Notes under the pieces: generated by a model
The model's input: only the letters and a program-made list of their open reading frames with translations
The model's database searches: none
What the model was told of the DNA's origin: nothing
Source: Pseudobdellovibrionaceae bacterium
Lineage (GTDB): Bacteria; Bdellovibrionota; Bdellovibrionia; Bdellovibrionales; UBA1609
NCBI GenBank assembly: GCA_020635075.1
Contig: JACKAM010000001.1
Location: 1,155,402 to 1,219,401, forward strand
Length of the DNA stretch: 64,000 nucleotides
Direction: 5' to 3'
Part shown: one piece after another, positions 17,627-26,566 of the stretch
Numbering within the stretch: the stretch's first letter is position 1
Layout of the letters: each line of letters begins with the position of its first letter
Position numbers and translations under genes: made by a program

Positions 17627-18238
17627 TTACCATGTTGCCAGGAGCCGGTCAAGACAGATACTTACGGCCGATCTAACTGGCAAGTGGCGGAAGTTGTCCT
17701 CAGCCGCCCCCCAAATAGGCTCCAGGAGCAAATCGCAGCTCTGGAGCACCTCCTGGGTGAGGCCAAATCCGGTACCAAAAATCATAAAATAGGGCCTTTT
17801 AGGCTCCTCCTGCATGCGGTTTTTGAGCCCCTGGAAGGTCACACGCTCCACTCCGGGGAACTCCCGGGCTGCGGTGGCAATCAAAAGGGGCTTTTCATCA
17901 AAGGTCTTAAGGGCGTCCTGCAGGGTCTCCTGGAGATTCACAATGTTGAGAGCCGTCCCCCGATTGGGATTCCAGCGGGATCCATAGCCCACTTTCCAGT
18001 GGTCGAGAATGCGGCTCACGTACATCAGCTGCTCTCTCTGGCGGTGAATGATAAAATATTTGTTCACCCCATAGGAGCGGCAAGTACGGGCGATGTCGTG
18101 AATATCGAAGTTGGTCACATTGGTGGCCACCACATTGCCTGGCTTGTCCAGCACCGGCCAGTGAACCAATCCGACTGAAATATTGATCCCTAGTTTGTGT
18201 CCCATACCACTCATTTTCCCAACACCTTGTCTCGACAT
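17627..18238 (-). CDS. SPOUT-fold putative RNA methyltransferase (TM1570 / Methyltrn_RNA_4-like)
   Basis: 203 aa wedged between trmD and rplS, as for Thermotoga TM1570. Sequence '[36 protein letters not shown]' and C-terminal 'FGTGFGL...LEPI' are consistent with that family as I recall it. Not verified. Confidence 0.65.
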   Translation of the reverse strand: MSRQGVGKMSGMGHKLGINISVGLVHWPVLDKPGNVVATNVTNFDIHDIARTCRSYGVNKYFIIHRQREQLMYVSRILDHWKVGYGSRWNPNRGTALNIVNLQETLQDALKTFDEKPLLIATAAREFPGVERVTFQGLKNRMQEEPKRPYFMIFGTGFGLTQEVLQSCDLLLEPIWGAAEDNFRHLPVRSAVSICLDRLLATW

Positions 18239-18241
18239 CAG

Positions 18242-19060
18242 CTAAGGGTTTTGATTCTCAAGATGCTCTAAAAGATCTGCCAACTGAGTCCGCTCAAGTC
18301 CCAAGGACTTTAACTCCTTCTCCGACAAATTCAAGAGCCGCGGTAGGGCTTGAAGAAGCTTCCCAGCCGCCTCCCCTCTTCCGGCCAGCAAATCCGGGCG
18401 GAAGAGCTGAGTCTGTACCCAGGCCACGTCCTGGCGAAACTCCTCGATCCGTCCATGATGACCACTCAGCAGGGCTTCAGGAACTGGCAACTCACCAAAC
18501 TCCCGAGGGCGAGAAAACAAGGGACATTCCAGGAGCCCTTCGGCGAAGCTCTCTTTATCGGGACTGTCCGCATTGCCCAAAACCTCAGGCAACAAGCGGA
18601 CCACTGAGTCGATCAACACCAGAGCGCCCAATTCGCCGCCACTAAGGACATAGTCGCCAATAGAGATCTCTTCATCCACCAGGGTTTCGATAAAACGCTG
18701 GTCCACTCCACCATAGCGGCCACAGACCAGAGTGATGGGCTCTGATGATTGAGCCCACTCGCGAGCCAGGGAGTCTGACCACACCCGCCCTTGAGGACTC
18801 AAATAGACCACCCGGCCCCGCTTTTCCCCTAGGCTCTCCACCGCCTGTCTGAGGGGCTCGGCCAAAAACACCATCCCATCACCGCCACCAAAGGGGCGAT
18901 CATCCACCGACTGGTGGACGTCCTGGGTGAAGCTACGGGGGTTGACCACATCAAGAACCACCTTGCCCGAATGAAAGGCCTGGCCCACCAACCCCTCCTT
19001 GAGAGCTCCGCGAATCATGTCAGGGAAAATGGTGATGACGTTGAATTGCCTCTTCCCCAT
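18242..19060 (-). CDS. trmD: tRNA (guanine37-N1)-methyltransferase TrmD
   Basis: 'FNVITIFPDMI', 'YLSPQGRVW', 'LVCGRYGGVDQRFIE..VDEEISIGDYVLSGGELGALVLIDSVVRLLPEVLGN' and 'LLSGHHGRIEEFR' are present. Confidence 0.92.
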   Translation of the reverse strand: MGKRQFNVITIFPDMIRGALKEGLVGQAFHSGKVVLDVVNPRSFTQDVHQSVDDRPFGGGDGMVFLAEPLRQAVESLGEKRGRVVYLSPQGRVWSDSLAREWAQSSEPITLVCGRYGGVDQRFIETLVDEEISIGDYVLSGGELGALVLIDSVVRLLPEVLGNADSPDKESFAEGLLECPLFSRPREFGELPVPEALLSGHHGRIEEFRQDVAWVQTQLFRPDLLAGRGEAAGKLLQALPRLLNLSEKELKSLGLERTQLADLLEHLENQNP

Positions 19061-19623
19061 CAGACCTCCATCAGCCCTTCGGGAAGGTCCATTTCAATCT
19101 CTTTGGCCGCAAAGCGAATTTCGACAATAAACTCCTCGACCAGAGGGATTTCAAATTCGGCATCACCCGCCTGTACACGGATGATGTCCTGGGGGCCATT
19201 ACTGGAAAAGCCGACAATTTGTCCGACCGGCCCCCCGCCCTTCTGGATCACGCTGAAACCTTCGATCTCGGCCAAATAAATGGTTTCCCCCGGTTCGGAC
19301 ACGAGAAATTCTTCGGGAATAAAGAACTCGGCCCCTTTAAGCTCCTCGGCCTGATTGCGATCGGTAATGGTCTCGGTCTTGGCAATAAAGCCCTGCTTGT
19401 GAACCCGGGCATTCTTCAGCGGGATCTCCAACCAGCCACCTCGGCCAGTGTGATAAAGCTGAACAACCTTGAGGTCCTGCAACCAACTGGTCTCACCCGA
19501 AAAGATAAGCACATAAAGCTCACCACGGATCCCATGGGCATCTTTGACTTTGCCCACCAGGCGTAAACCCCGCTCTTGCGCCTCCTGGGGGGGATGTTGA
19601 GACTTTACCTTTGTTCCGCTCAT
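19060..19623 (-). CDS. rimM: 16S rRNA processing protein RimM
   Basis: Start trimmed to the ATG at 19623. 'VGKVKDAHGIRGELYV' (RimM N-domain) and a PRC-barrel-like C-terminus 'IPLVEEFIVEI....KEIEMDLPEGL' are present. The position between the KH protein and trmD is canonical. Confidence 0.85.
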   Translation of the reverse strand: MSGTKVKSQHPPQEAQERGLRLVGKVKDAHGIRGELYVLIFSGETSWLQDLKVVQLYHTGRGGWLEIPLKNARVHKQGFIAKTETITDRNQAEELKGAEFFIPEEFLVSEPGETIYLAEIEGFSVIQKGGGPVGQIVGFSSNGPQDIIRVQAGDAEFEIPLVEEFIVEIRFAAKEIEMDLPEGLMEV

Positions 19624-19703
19624 TCTGATTGATCTCTCTTTTGACAACAAAAAACGGCTGTGGTTCCCCACAGCCGCCCATCATTCAATTCTTCTTACTG
19701 GTC

Positions 19704-19949
19704 TTATTCGACAATTTCCAGAACAGAACGCTTCTGCAACTTAGTGCTGGCAGCATTCAAAATCGTTCTCATGGAACGGGCGGTTCTGCCCTGTTTGCCG
19801 ATGACCTTACCCAAGTCCTCTTTGGCCACTTTCAGTTCAACAACTGTAGTCTGCTCACCGATGACTTCGTTCACTTCCACTTCTTCGGGCTTGTCCACCA
19901 GACTCTTGGCCATGAATTCAACCAGGTCTTTCAAGCTTGACGGATCCAT
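19704..19949 (-). CDS. KH-domain RNA-binding protein (YlqC/UPF0109 family)
   Basis: Start trimmed to the ATG at 19949. '[55 protein letters not shown]' carries the GxxG KH signature. It follows rpsP as in many bacteria. Confidence 0.85.
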   Translation of the reverse strand: MDPSSLKDLVEFMAKSLVDKPEEVEVNEVIGEQTTVVELKVAKEDLGKVIGKQGRTARSMRTILNAASTKLQKRSVLEIVE

Positions 19950-20024
19950 TCTCACCTCACTCACTACTGACTCAGATTCAACTTCAGCGGCGCCAGTGTA
20001 GCTCATGCACACTAGCCAGTAATG

Positions 20025-20276
20025 TTAATTTTTCCCTTGTTCCGCTTTGCGAATGAGACTCTTGACCCGATCTGTCGGGCGGGCGCCCTTTTTGATCCAC
20101 TCTTGGGTCTTAGTGAGGTCCAACTCCAAGCCCTTTTCCTTACCTGAAGGGTTCGGGTTGTAGTGGCCAAGAACTTCCAGGAAACGTCCCTGGGGGTGGC
20201 GACGCTGGTCTGCCACAGTGATGCGATACTTAGGTGCGTGTGTTGCTCCAACACGATTCAAACGAATCACGACCAT
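20025..20276 (-). CDS. rpsP: 30S ribosomal protein S16
   Basis: 'MVVIRLNRVGATHAPKYRITVADQRRHPQGRFLEVLGHYNP' is the classic S16 N-terminus. Confidence 0.92.
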   Translation of the reverse strand: MVVIRLNRVGATHAPKYRITVADQRRHPQGRFLEVLGHYNPNPSGKEKGLELDLTKTQEWIKKGARPTDRVKSLIRKAEQGKN

Positions 20277-20463
20277 TGAGATAACTCCTTATTACTCAGT
20301 TCTGATCCAAGTTCAGATACGTAGAAGACCCCCGAGACAACAAATGCCTCCGGGTTTTCCATTCAAACGGCCTTTTCGCAGGCGGTCTAAGCCCTAGACA
20401 TTTACTCGCTTTGGGTTTGAATCGCAAGGGTAAAGATTGAAAAGAATTTATGTTTTTCAAATT

Positions 20464-20500
20464 CCGGAGAGGGAAATCGGCAATTTCCCACGGCCTCCGG
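20464..20500 (-). other. Extended GC-rich hairpin immediately 3' of ffh (attenuator/processing/terminator-like, no clear U-tract)
   Basis: The structure is CCGGAG-A-GGGAAAT-CGGCA-ATTTCCC-ACGGC-CTCCGG. The inner 7-bp and outer 6-bp stems are both perfect. It lies 5 nt after the ffh stop, inside a 228-nt ffh-rpsP spacer. Confidence 0.35.
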
Positions 20501-20504
20501 GGAT

Positions 20505-21845
20505 TTAAAAGGGAAAGCCCATGCCACGGCCTCCACCTCGGCCCATCCCCATTTTCATCATTTGGGACATCATCTTTTTGGCCCCCTCAAACTGCTTCAC
20601 GAACTTGTTCACATCCTGAACCCGGGTGCCCGAGCCATTGGCTATCCTTAAGCGTCTGGAACCATTCAGGATTTTATAGTTCTCACGTTCTTCTGGAGTC
20701 ATGGAGCGGATAATGGCTTCGATTTTCTTGAGTTCCTTGTCCGGCGGGGTCATATCCTTCATCTTCTTCATCATCTGGCCCGCCCCGGGGATCATCTTGA
20801 GCAGACTTTCCATGGAACCCAGCTTTTTCATGGTCTGAATCTGCTGAAGAAAGTCCTCCATGGTGAACTGGTTTTTGGCCATTTTCTTGGCTGATTCCAT
20901 GGCCGACTTCTCGTCGATCACCTCTTGGGCCTTTTCGACAAGACTCAACACATCGCCCATGTCCAGGATTCGGCTGGCCAGACGATCCGGATGAAAAACC
21001 TCAAGGGCCGACACCTTTTCACCCACGCCGAGAAACTTAATGGGCACTCCCGTGGCTTCGCGGATACTCAGAGCCGCACCCCCACGGGCATCACCATCCA
21101 CTTTGGTGAGAATCAAACCACTCAATCCGAGCTTTTCGTGAAAGCCCTCAGCCACATTGACCGACTGCTGACCGAGCATGGCATCGGCAACCAGGAGAAT
21201 CTCCTTCGGCTCCCACACGCCTTTCAGGCGCTTGAGTTCCTCCATCAGTTCTTCATCAATTTGCAGTCGACCGGCGGTATCGACAATGACCACGTCGACC
21301 ATCTCATCAGCTGCCCACTTTTTGGCCGCCTCAAGAAGCTCTTCCGGTTTTTTGCCAGCCTCAGAGGGAAAAACGGGCAAGTTGTTTTGCTTACCCAAAG
21401 TCTTGAGCTGCTCAATCGCGGCTGGACGATAGACGTCCACCGGAATCAGACCGGGCTTCTTACCGAGTTTTTGTCGGATGTGGAGGGCGAGCTTGGCCGA
21501 ACTGGTTGTCTTTCCCGTTCCCTGCAAGCCCACCAAAAAAATCACACCTGGATTGCCGCGGACATTAAGCTCAACTGCCTCTTCACCTAAAACCCGAACC
21601 AACTCTTCATGGACGATCTTCACAAACTGCTGACCCGCGGTGATACTGGTCAGAACTTCTTCACCCAGGGCCTTTTCCTTCACACGATCGACAAAGCTTT
21701 TCACCACTTTAAAATTCACGTCGGCTTCAAGCAGACTCATGCGAATTTCTTTAATGGTATCTTGGATGTTCTTCTCGGTGATCCGCCCCTGACCGCGAAT
21801 TTTCTTAAGACTGCCGAGCAATTTATCCTGAAGATTATCAAACAT
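20505..21845 (-). CDS. ffh: Signal recognition particle protein Ffh (SRP54)
   Basis: 'LVGLQGTGKTTSSAKLA', 'DTAGRL', 'LTKVDGDARGGAALS' and a Met-rich M-domain tail 'KKMMSQMMKMGMG' are present. Confidence 0.95.
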   Translation of the reverse strand: MFDNLQDKLLGSLKKIRGQGRITEKNIQDTIKEIRMSLLEADVNFKVVKSFVDRVKEKALGEEVLTSITAGQQFVKIVHEELVRVLGEEAVELNVRGNPGVIFLVGLQGTGKTTSSAKLALHIRQKLGKKPGLIPVDVYRPAAIEQLKTLGKQNNLPVFPSEAGKKPEELLEAAKKWAADEMVDVVIVDTAGRLQIDEELMEELKRLKGVWEPKEILLVADAMLGQQSVNVAEGFHEKLGLSGLILTKVDGDARGGAALSIREATGVPIKFLGVGEKVSALEVFHPDRLASRILDMGDVLSLVEKAQEVIDEKSAMESAKKMAKNQFTMEDFLQQIQTMKKLGSMESLLKMIPGAGQMMKKMKDMTPPDKELKKIEAIIRSMTPEERENYKILNGSRRLRIANGSGTRVQDVNKFVKQFEGAKKMMSQMMKMGMGRGGGRGMGFPF

Positions 21846-21864
21846 CCCTAAAACCTTTCATTCA

Positions 21865-22668
21865 CTACCAACGCGAAAAAGAACCCTTGCGAAGACTTAC
21901 CAATGCCACTCCATGGAAAAACAAAAGGGCTAAAATCGCCACCGGTGCAGAGGTGGTCAATGGTACATCGGACACCCCCAAAATCCCATAGCGCACACCG
22001 TTGATCAAATACAACAATGGGTTGGCTTGGGAGAGACTTTTCCAAAAGGGGTGAAGATTTTCAATGGAAAAAAACACCCCGCCCAAATAGAGCAAGGGCA
22101 GGAGGACAAAACTGGACACGGCACTCAGCTGGTCCACGGTTTTGGCCCAAAAGGCGACAAAAACCCCCAGCTTGGCAAATGCCAATCCACCGAGCACCAA
22201 GAAGTACAACAGCCACAGCGGATGCTGTATCACCAACCACCCCCCGTGGGTGGTGTGGTAAAAAAGTTGACCCACTCCAAAAGTGATAGTTCCCACAGTC
22301 AGCCCGCGCGTGAGGCCCCCAAAGGCAAAAGCCCAGATGATTTGCTGGTCGCTCAGGGGTGACACGCGGAAGTCTTCCAGATCGCCGCCAAACTTGGCAC
22401 TGACAATAGAGCTGGAACTATTTTGAAAACAATTGTTCAAACAGCTCATCATGATCAGACCGGGAATCAAGAATGCCAAATAACTCACTCCACCTGGAAC
22501 ACTGATACTGGCTCCAAGACTGACACCAAAAATCAGCAGGTAGAGAGTCGAGTTAATCATCGGCGCCACCAGAGTTTGAATTAAAACCTTCAGGTAACGC
22601 CTGATTTCACGGCAAAAAAGAACGAAAAAAGGGGTAAACCTAATTTCTTGCTTCAGCTCTGGAATCAT
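21865..22668 (-). CDS. ABC-2 type transporter permease
   Basis: 267 aa with about 6 hydrophobic segments. It overlaps the upstream ATPase gene by 4 nt. The layout is ABC-2-like. Confidence 0.8.
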   Translation of the reverse strand: MIPELKQEIRFTPFFVLFCREIRRYLKVLIQTLVAPMINSTLYLLIFGVSLGASISVPGGVSYLAFLIPGLIMMSCLNNCFQNSSSSIVSAKFGGDLEDFRVSPLSDQQIIWAFAFGGLTRGLTVGTITFGVGQLFYHTTHGGWLVIQHPLWLLYFLVLGGLAFAKLGVFVAFWAKTVDQLSAVSSFVLLPLLYLGGVFFSIENLHPFWKSLSQANPLLYLINGVRYGILGVSDVPLTTSAPVAILALLFFHGVALVSLRKGSFSRW

Positions 22669-23567
22669 AAGTGGCCTCCAATGACCTGGCGGAAGACGTC
22701 CTCCAAATTACCCTCTTCAATCTTAAGGTCCTCGATGGCATTAAGCTCCACTTGAAGTTCCTGGAGCAAGTCTCCCAATCCCATGTGGTATGGAACCCGA
22801 AACTCCACAACTTGCTCTTCCTGACGGATCAAGAGAGGGTGATTAAAGTCTCTCAGTGCCCCTTTGAATTGCAAGCGCACTTGGCGGTGAGTGAATTCGG
22901 TAATGAGGTCCGCGGTATTGCCAAGGCGCTGAAGTCTCCCCATGTGGATCATCCCCACCCGATCACAAAGGCGTTCAGCCTCCTCTAGGTAGTGAGTGGT
23001 CAACAAAATGGTCATCCCCTGTTCTCGCAACTCTTTAACAAAGTCCCACAAGGTCGCACGCAACTCAATATCCACGCCGGCTGTGGGTTCGTCGAGCAAC
23101 AGAAGCTTTGGCCGATGAACCAGAGCCTTGGCAATCAGCAGGCGGCGCTTCATTCCACCACTGAGCTGCTTCACCCTTTTATGACGATGGTCCCACAGGG
23201 CAAGGCGCTTAAGGAGGTATTGCTCCTGCTCCCGGTTGTTGCGAATACCATAATAACCGGAGTGGAAAGACAGAACCTCTTCAATGTTAAAGTAACCGTG
23301 GTTGACCAGCTCCTGGGGCACCAGACCCACCCGAACCTTGGCGAGTCTCGGCTCTTGGGTGACATCGTGGCCGAACACCTGAACCCGACCTGAAGTGGGC
23401 TTTTCCAATGTGACGATGGTCGAGATGACAGATGTCTTTCCCGCCCCGTTGGGCCCCAACAGACCAAAGATCTCGCCCGGCTTGAGACTGAAGCTCACTC
23501 CGTCGACAGCCCGTAAAGAGCCATAATCCTTCACCAAATTTTCCACAATCAGGGGTGATAACGACAT
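22665..23567 (-). CDS. ABC transporter ATP-binding protein
   Basis: Walker A 'GLLGPNGAGKTS', Q-loop, signature 'LSGGMKRRL', Walker B 'LLLLDEPTAGVD' and H-loop 'LLTTHYLEEAE' are all present. Confidence 0.9.
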   Translation of the reverse strand: MSLSPLIVENLVKDYGSLRAVDGVSFSLKPGEIFGLLGPNGAGKTSVISTIVTLEKPTSGRVQVFGHDVTQEPRLAKVRVGLVPQELVNHGYFNIEEVLSFHSGYYGIRNNREQEQYLLKRLALWDHRHKRVKQLSGGMKRRLLIAKALVHRPKLLLLDEPTAGVDIELRATLWDFVKELREQGMTILLTTHYLEEAERLCDRVGMIHMGRLQRLGNTADLITEFTHRQVRLQFKGALRDFNHPLLIRQEEQVVEFRVPYHMGLGDLLQELQVELNAIEDLKIEEGNLEDVFRQVIGGHL

Positions 23568-23697
23568 TAAGACCTCAAAAGTCCAACACTATAACCTAGG
23601 TCGAGTGCCGGGGAAAAGGAATGATGCGGGCCCACCCCAGTCAATAGTGAGCCCCCTCGCTTGAGAATTTCTCAAATATTTCCGAAAAGTTAGTGAT

Positions 23698-24675
23698 ATG
23701 AATACCCAGGACATGATCCCCATTCCCATTCGCGAGTTCATCAGCGGATTGACCGTCCCGGTCGATCTTTACGTAAAGCTGGGGGATGACAAGTTTGTTC
23801 TCATTGCCAAGCAGGGAACCAAAACCCAAAAGGACCACCTGACCTCTTACAAAGAAAAAGACGTGGAATATTTGTGGGTGGAAAAGGCCGCCTATCATAA
23901 GATCTCCAATCAGACTATTCAATTGGCCGGCATTGTCCTTAGCAAAAAGGATCTGGATTCAGGCAAGAAGACTCAGGTGGTAACCGCCGCTGCGCAAACC
24001 ATGTTTCGCCATCTGGATCACTTGGGCCTTGATGAGATAGCCTTTAGTCAGGCCAAACAGGTGGCCGATGTGACCGTGCAACTGGTGGAGTGCCACAGTC
24101 GCATATCCCAACTGATGGATAGCCTCAATCAGTGTAGCGACGATCTGCTTCGCCACTCTATGGCGGTAAGCGCGGTTTCAACAATGCTCGGCCAAGCACA
24201 CAACTGGCAAGGCAAAGGCACCATGGAGAAGCTGGCCCTCGGGGGCCTTCTCCATGACATTGGCAAAAAAGCCCTGCCCGATGATCTTCTTAAAAAAGCC
24301 CGGGTTCACATGACCTTTGAAGAACTGCAGCTCTACGAAACCCATGCCTTTAAAGGTATGGATATGGCCACAGGCTTGGGACTCATTCCGGATGATATTG
24401 TGGCCATGATTTACCAGCACCACGAGAATTCGTTGGGACAGGGGTTCCCTCAACGCCTCAGAGATTTGAAGACCCATCCCTTTGCCCGCATCGTGGCCCT
24501 AGCTGATGCCTTTGTGAACCTCACCGTGGCCAACCCCAATTGCCCGGTGCCGAAAACAGCTCATGAAGCAGTAGACTACATTGAGTTGGCTATGGGACAA
24601 CCATTTAACAAAGAAGCCTTCCGCTGCTTGAAGCGAATCGTAGAAACAGAAAAACGCGGCACGCGCTCTGCCTGA
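23698..24675 (+). CDS. HD-GYP-type phosphohydrolase domain protein (GYP degenerated to GFP)
   Basis: 'GGLLHDIGKKALP', 'THAFKG' and 'IYQHHENSLGQGFPQRLRDLKTHPFARIVALADAFV' match the HD-GYP layout (HD...HHE..G.GYP). An N-terminal ~130-aa non-catalytic region precedes it. Confidence 0.8.
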   Translation: MNTQDMIPIPIREFISGLTVPVDLYVKLGDDKFVLIAKQGTKTQKDHLTSYKEKDVEYLWVEKAAYHKISNQTIQLAGIVLSKKDLDSGKKTQVVTAAAQTMFRHLDHLGLDEIAFSQAKQVADVTVQLVECHSRISQLMDSLNQCSDDLLRHSMAVSAVSTMLGQAHNWQGKGTMEKLALGGLLHDIGKKALPDDLLKKARVHMTFEELQLYETHAFKGMDMATGLGLIPDDIVAMIYQHHENSLGQGFPQRLRDLKTHPFARIVALADAFVNLTVANPNCPVPKTAHEAVDYIELAMGQPFNKEAFRCLKRIVETEKRGTRSA

Positions 24676-24706
24676 CAACAACTTGGAATAGACGAACACG
24701 CAGGTC

Positions 24707-26524
24707 ATGACGGAACAATTTAAGGACTACTATGAGACTCACTTACAGCGACTGGCTCGCCGCCTGGTTCGCCTGGAACAAAAACTCCATAAGGCCAATC
24801 GCCAAATCCTTGTCCTTCTCAATTGGCGCCTAACCGTCGCCGCCCTGGCCATTGGCGTGGGACTGCTCGTCGCCTCGGGCCGGGAATACCGCAATTGGGG
24901 AATTTTGTTTTTGGGACTCGTGGCTTTTTTTGTTTGGCTTGTTGCCAAGTCCCGACGGGTGCGGAGGTGGCACAAAAGACTGGAGACCTGGAAGGCCTTT
25001 CAAATCCGTCAAATGGCCCGCCTCAGGGGCAAGACTTTGGAACTCCATCTACCCGAGCACCCTCTCGACCCATTGGACAGCGAACAGGCCATTCTTGCCC
25101 GCGATCTCTACCTTGTTGGTGACAACTCCCTGTTTAAACTCATGAACGAATGCTTCACTTCCGGTGGACAAAATCGTCTGGCGCAAATACTGATAAACCC
25201 CCTGCGCGGCAAACAAGAGATCCTTGATCGTCAACAGCAAATCCGTGAATTGGCTTCGCGTCGCTGGCCCTTGACCCGCTTGTTTTTACTTGGACAAAGT
25301 GGCGAGACCCAGCCGGACTCCAGGCAACTCAAACTGGAGTTGGAGAAGCCACTCATTTCTCCGGGCTTTAAGGCCTATGCAATCCTGCACCTCATCCTCT
25401 ATTCCTTGTTTGTGTGGATTGTGGCCAGTTGGCTTTCCGGGCGCACAGTTTTTCCACCCCATTTGGCTCTTGGGATTTACTTCCTCTTTAGCCTGGCCAG
25501 CCTGGGAAAGGCGGCCAAGGGCTTTACCCAAGGGGAAAGCCTGGGCCTTTACTTAGAATCCCTTCTCCCCGTCTATGAGTGGCTGGAGAAACACCAGGGC
25601 ATTACCCAAAAATTGGCGCCAACAACATTGAAACTCAAACCCACGCGACAAATGAAGTGGCTGAGACTTTGCCTGAGTTGCTTGAGTATCCAGGCCCACC
25701 CTTTGGTTTTTCTCATCGTCAATGGCCTGTTTCCATGGACCTATTTGTGGGCGGGACTACTGGAGCGCTGGCGGCAAAGACACTTTGACGAGTTCTTGCA
25801 GACTTTAAGTGAGGTGGAGGAGCTGGAGGCCCTAGGGTCTTTAGCACTATTCCACTGCTACCAAACACCTGTCTTCCCACAATTCACAGACTCGTCGGAG
25901 ATTCAAACCAGGGGGCTGTTTCACCCCTTGATTGTGCGTTCACAAGTCGTGTCCAATGATTTCTCTCTCCAGAGCCCCACACGATTGGGCCTCATCACTG
26001 GATCCAATATGTCGGGCAAGTCCACTTTCCTGAGAACACTCGGTATCAATCAACACTTGGCCATGGTCGGTGCATCGGTGTTCGCCGATGAGATGACGAC
26101 CTTTGTGGGGCCGGTGGTGACCTGCCTGCAGATTCGTGACTCACTGGAAGATGGCTACTCGTCTTTTTACTATGAAGTCAAACGGGTCAAACAGGTGATT
26201 GAGCAAGCCACAGAAGGCCAGTCGTTTTTGTATTTGATCGATGAGATCTTTCGCGGCACCAATAACCGCGAGCGCCTGCTGGGTAGCCAGGCCGTCATCC
26301 GTAAACTACTTGAGTCGCCGCGCGCTTTGGGCATGATCACCACCCACGACCTGGAACTCACGCAGCTGGAGAGTGAATTTCCACAATTGGCTAACGGACA
26401 CTTTCGTGACGAAGTCAAAGAGGGCTCCAGCGGGCTGCACTTTTCCTATCTCTATCATCCCGGGCCCTGCCCAACCACCAACGCCCTCAAGATCATGGCG
26501 GCCGAAGGATTGCCTATCACTTAG
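24707..26524 (+). CDS. Membrane-anchored MutS-family ATPase (MutS domain V only; no mismatch-recognition domain seen)
   Basis: N-terminal hydrophobic pairs (LTVAALAIGVGLLVA / GILFLGLVAFFVWLVA, and again at around aa 215-270). C-terminal 'ITGSNMSGKSTFLRTLG', 'YLIDEIFRGTNNRERL' and 'TTHDLELT' form the MutS ATPase core. Confidence 0.8.
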   Translation: MTEQFKDYYETHLQRLARRLVRLEQKLHKANRQILVLLNWRLTVAALAIGVGLLVASGREYRNWGILFLGLVAFFVWLVAKSRRVRRWHKRLETWKAFQIRQMARLRGKTLELHLPEHPLDPLDSEQAILARDLYLVGDNSLFKLMNECFTSGGQNRLAQILINPLRGKQEILDRQQQIRELASRRWPLTRLFLLGQSGETQPDSRQLKLELEKPLISPGFKAYAILHLILYSLFVWIVASWLSGRTVFPPHLALGIYFLFSLASLGKAAKGFTQGESLGLYLESLLPVYEWLEKHQGITQKLAPTTLKLKPTRQMKWLRLCLSCLSIQAHPLVFLIVNGLFPWTYLWAGLLERWRQRHFDEFLQTLSEVEELEALGSLALFHCYQTPVFPQFTDSSEIQTRGLFHPLIVRSQVVSNDFSLQSPTRLGLITGSNMSGKSTFLRTLGINQHLAMVGASVFADEMTTFVGPVVTCLQIRDSLEDGYSSFYYEVKRVKQVIEQATEGQSFLYLIDEIFRGTNNRERLLGSQAVIRKLLESPRALGMITTHDLELTQLESEFPQLANGHFRDEVKEGSSGLHFSYLYHPGPCPTTNALKIMAAEGLPIT

Positions 26525-26566
26525 GTCCAAATGGGGCTCCCATAATACTATCCGAGGCGGGACTGG

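Noticed and set aside
17537-18178. 213-aa plus-strand ORF
   Set aside because: It lies entirely antisense to the SPOUT-like gene and the rplS start in the conserved trmD operon. It has no recognisable motif or RBS. It is a typical shadow ORF of a coding region.
20925-21590. 221-aa plus-strand ORF (and the 84-aa ORF at 21178-21432)
   Set aside because: It is antisense to ffh, whose product is unambiguous (SRP54 G-domain motifs). It is a shadow ORF.
23655-23680. Near-palindrome TTGAGAATTTCTCAA in the divergent ABC / HD-GYP promoter region
   Set aside because: It is only a 6-bp imperfect inverted repeat with no adjacent regulator gene, so it is likely chance.
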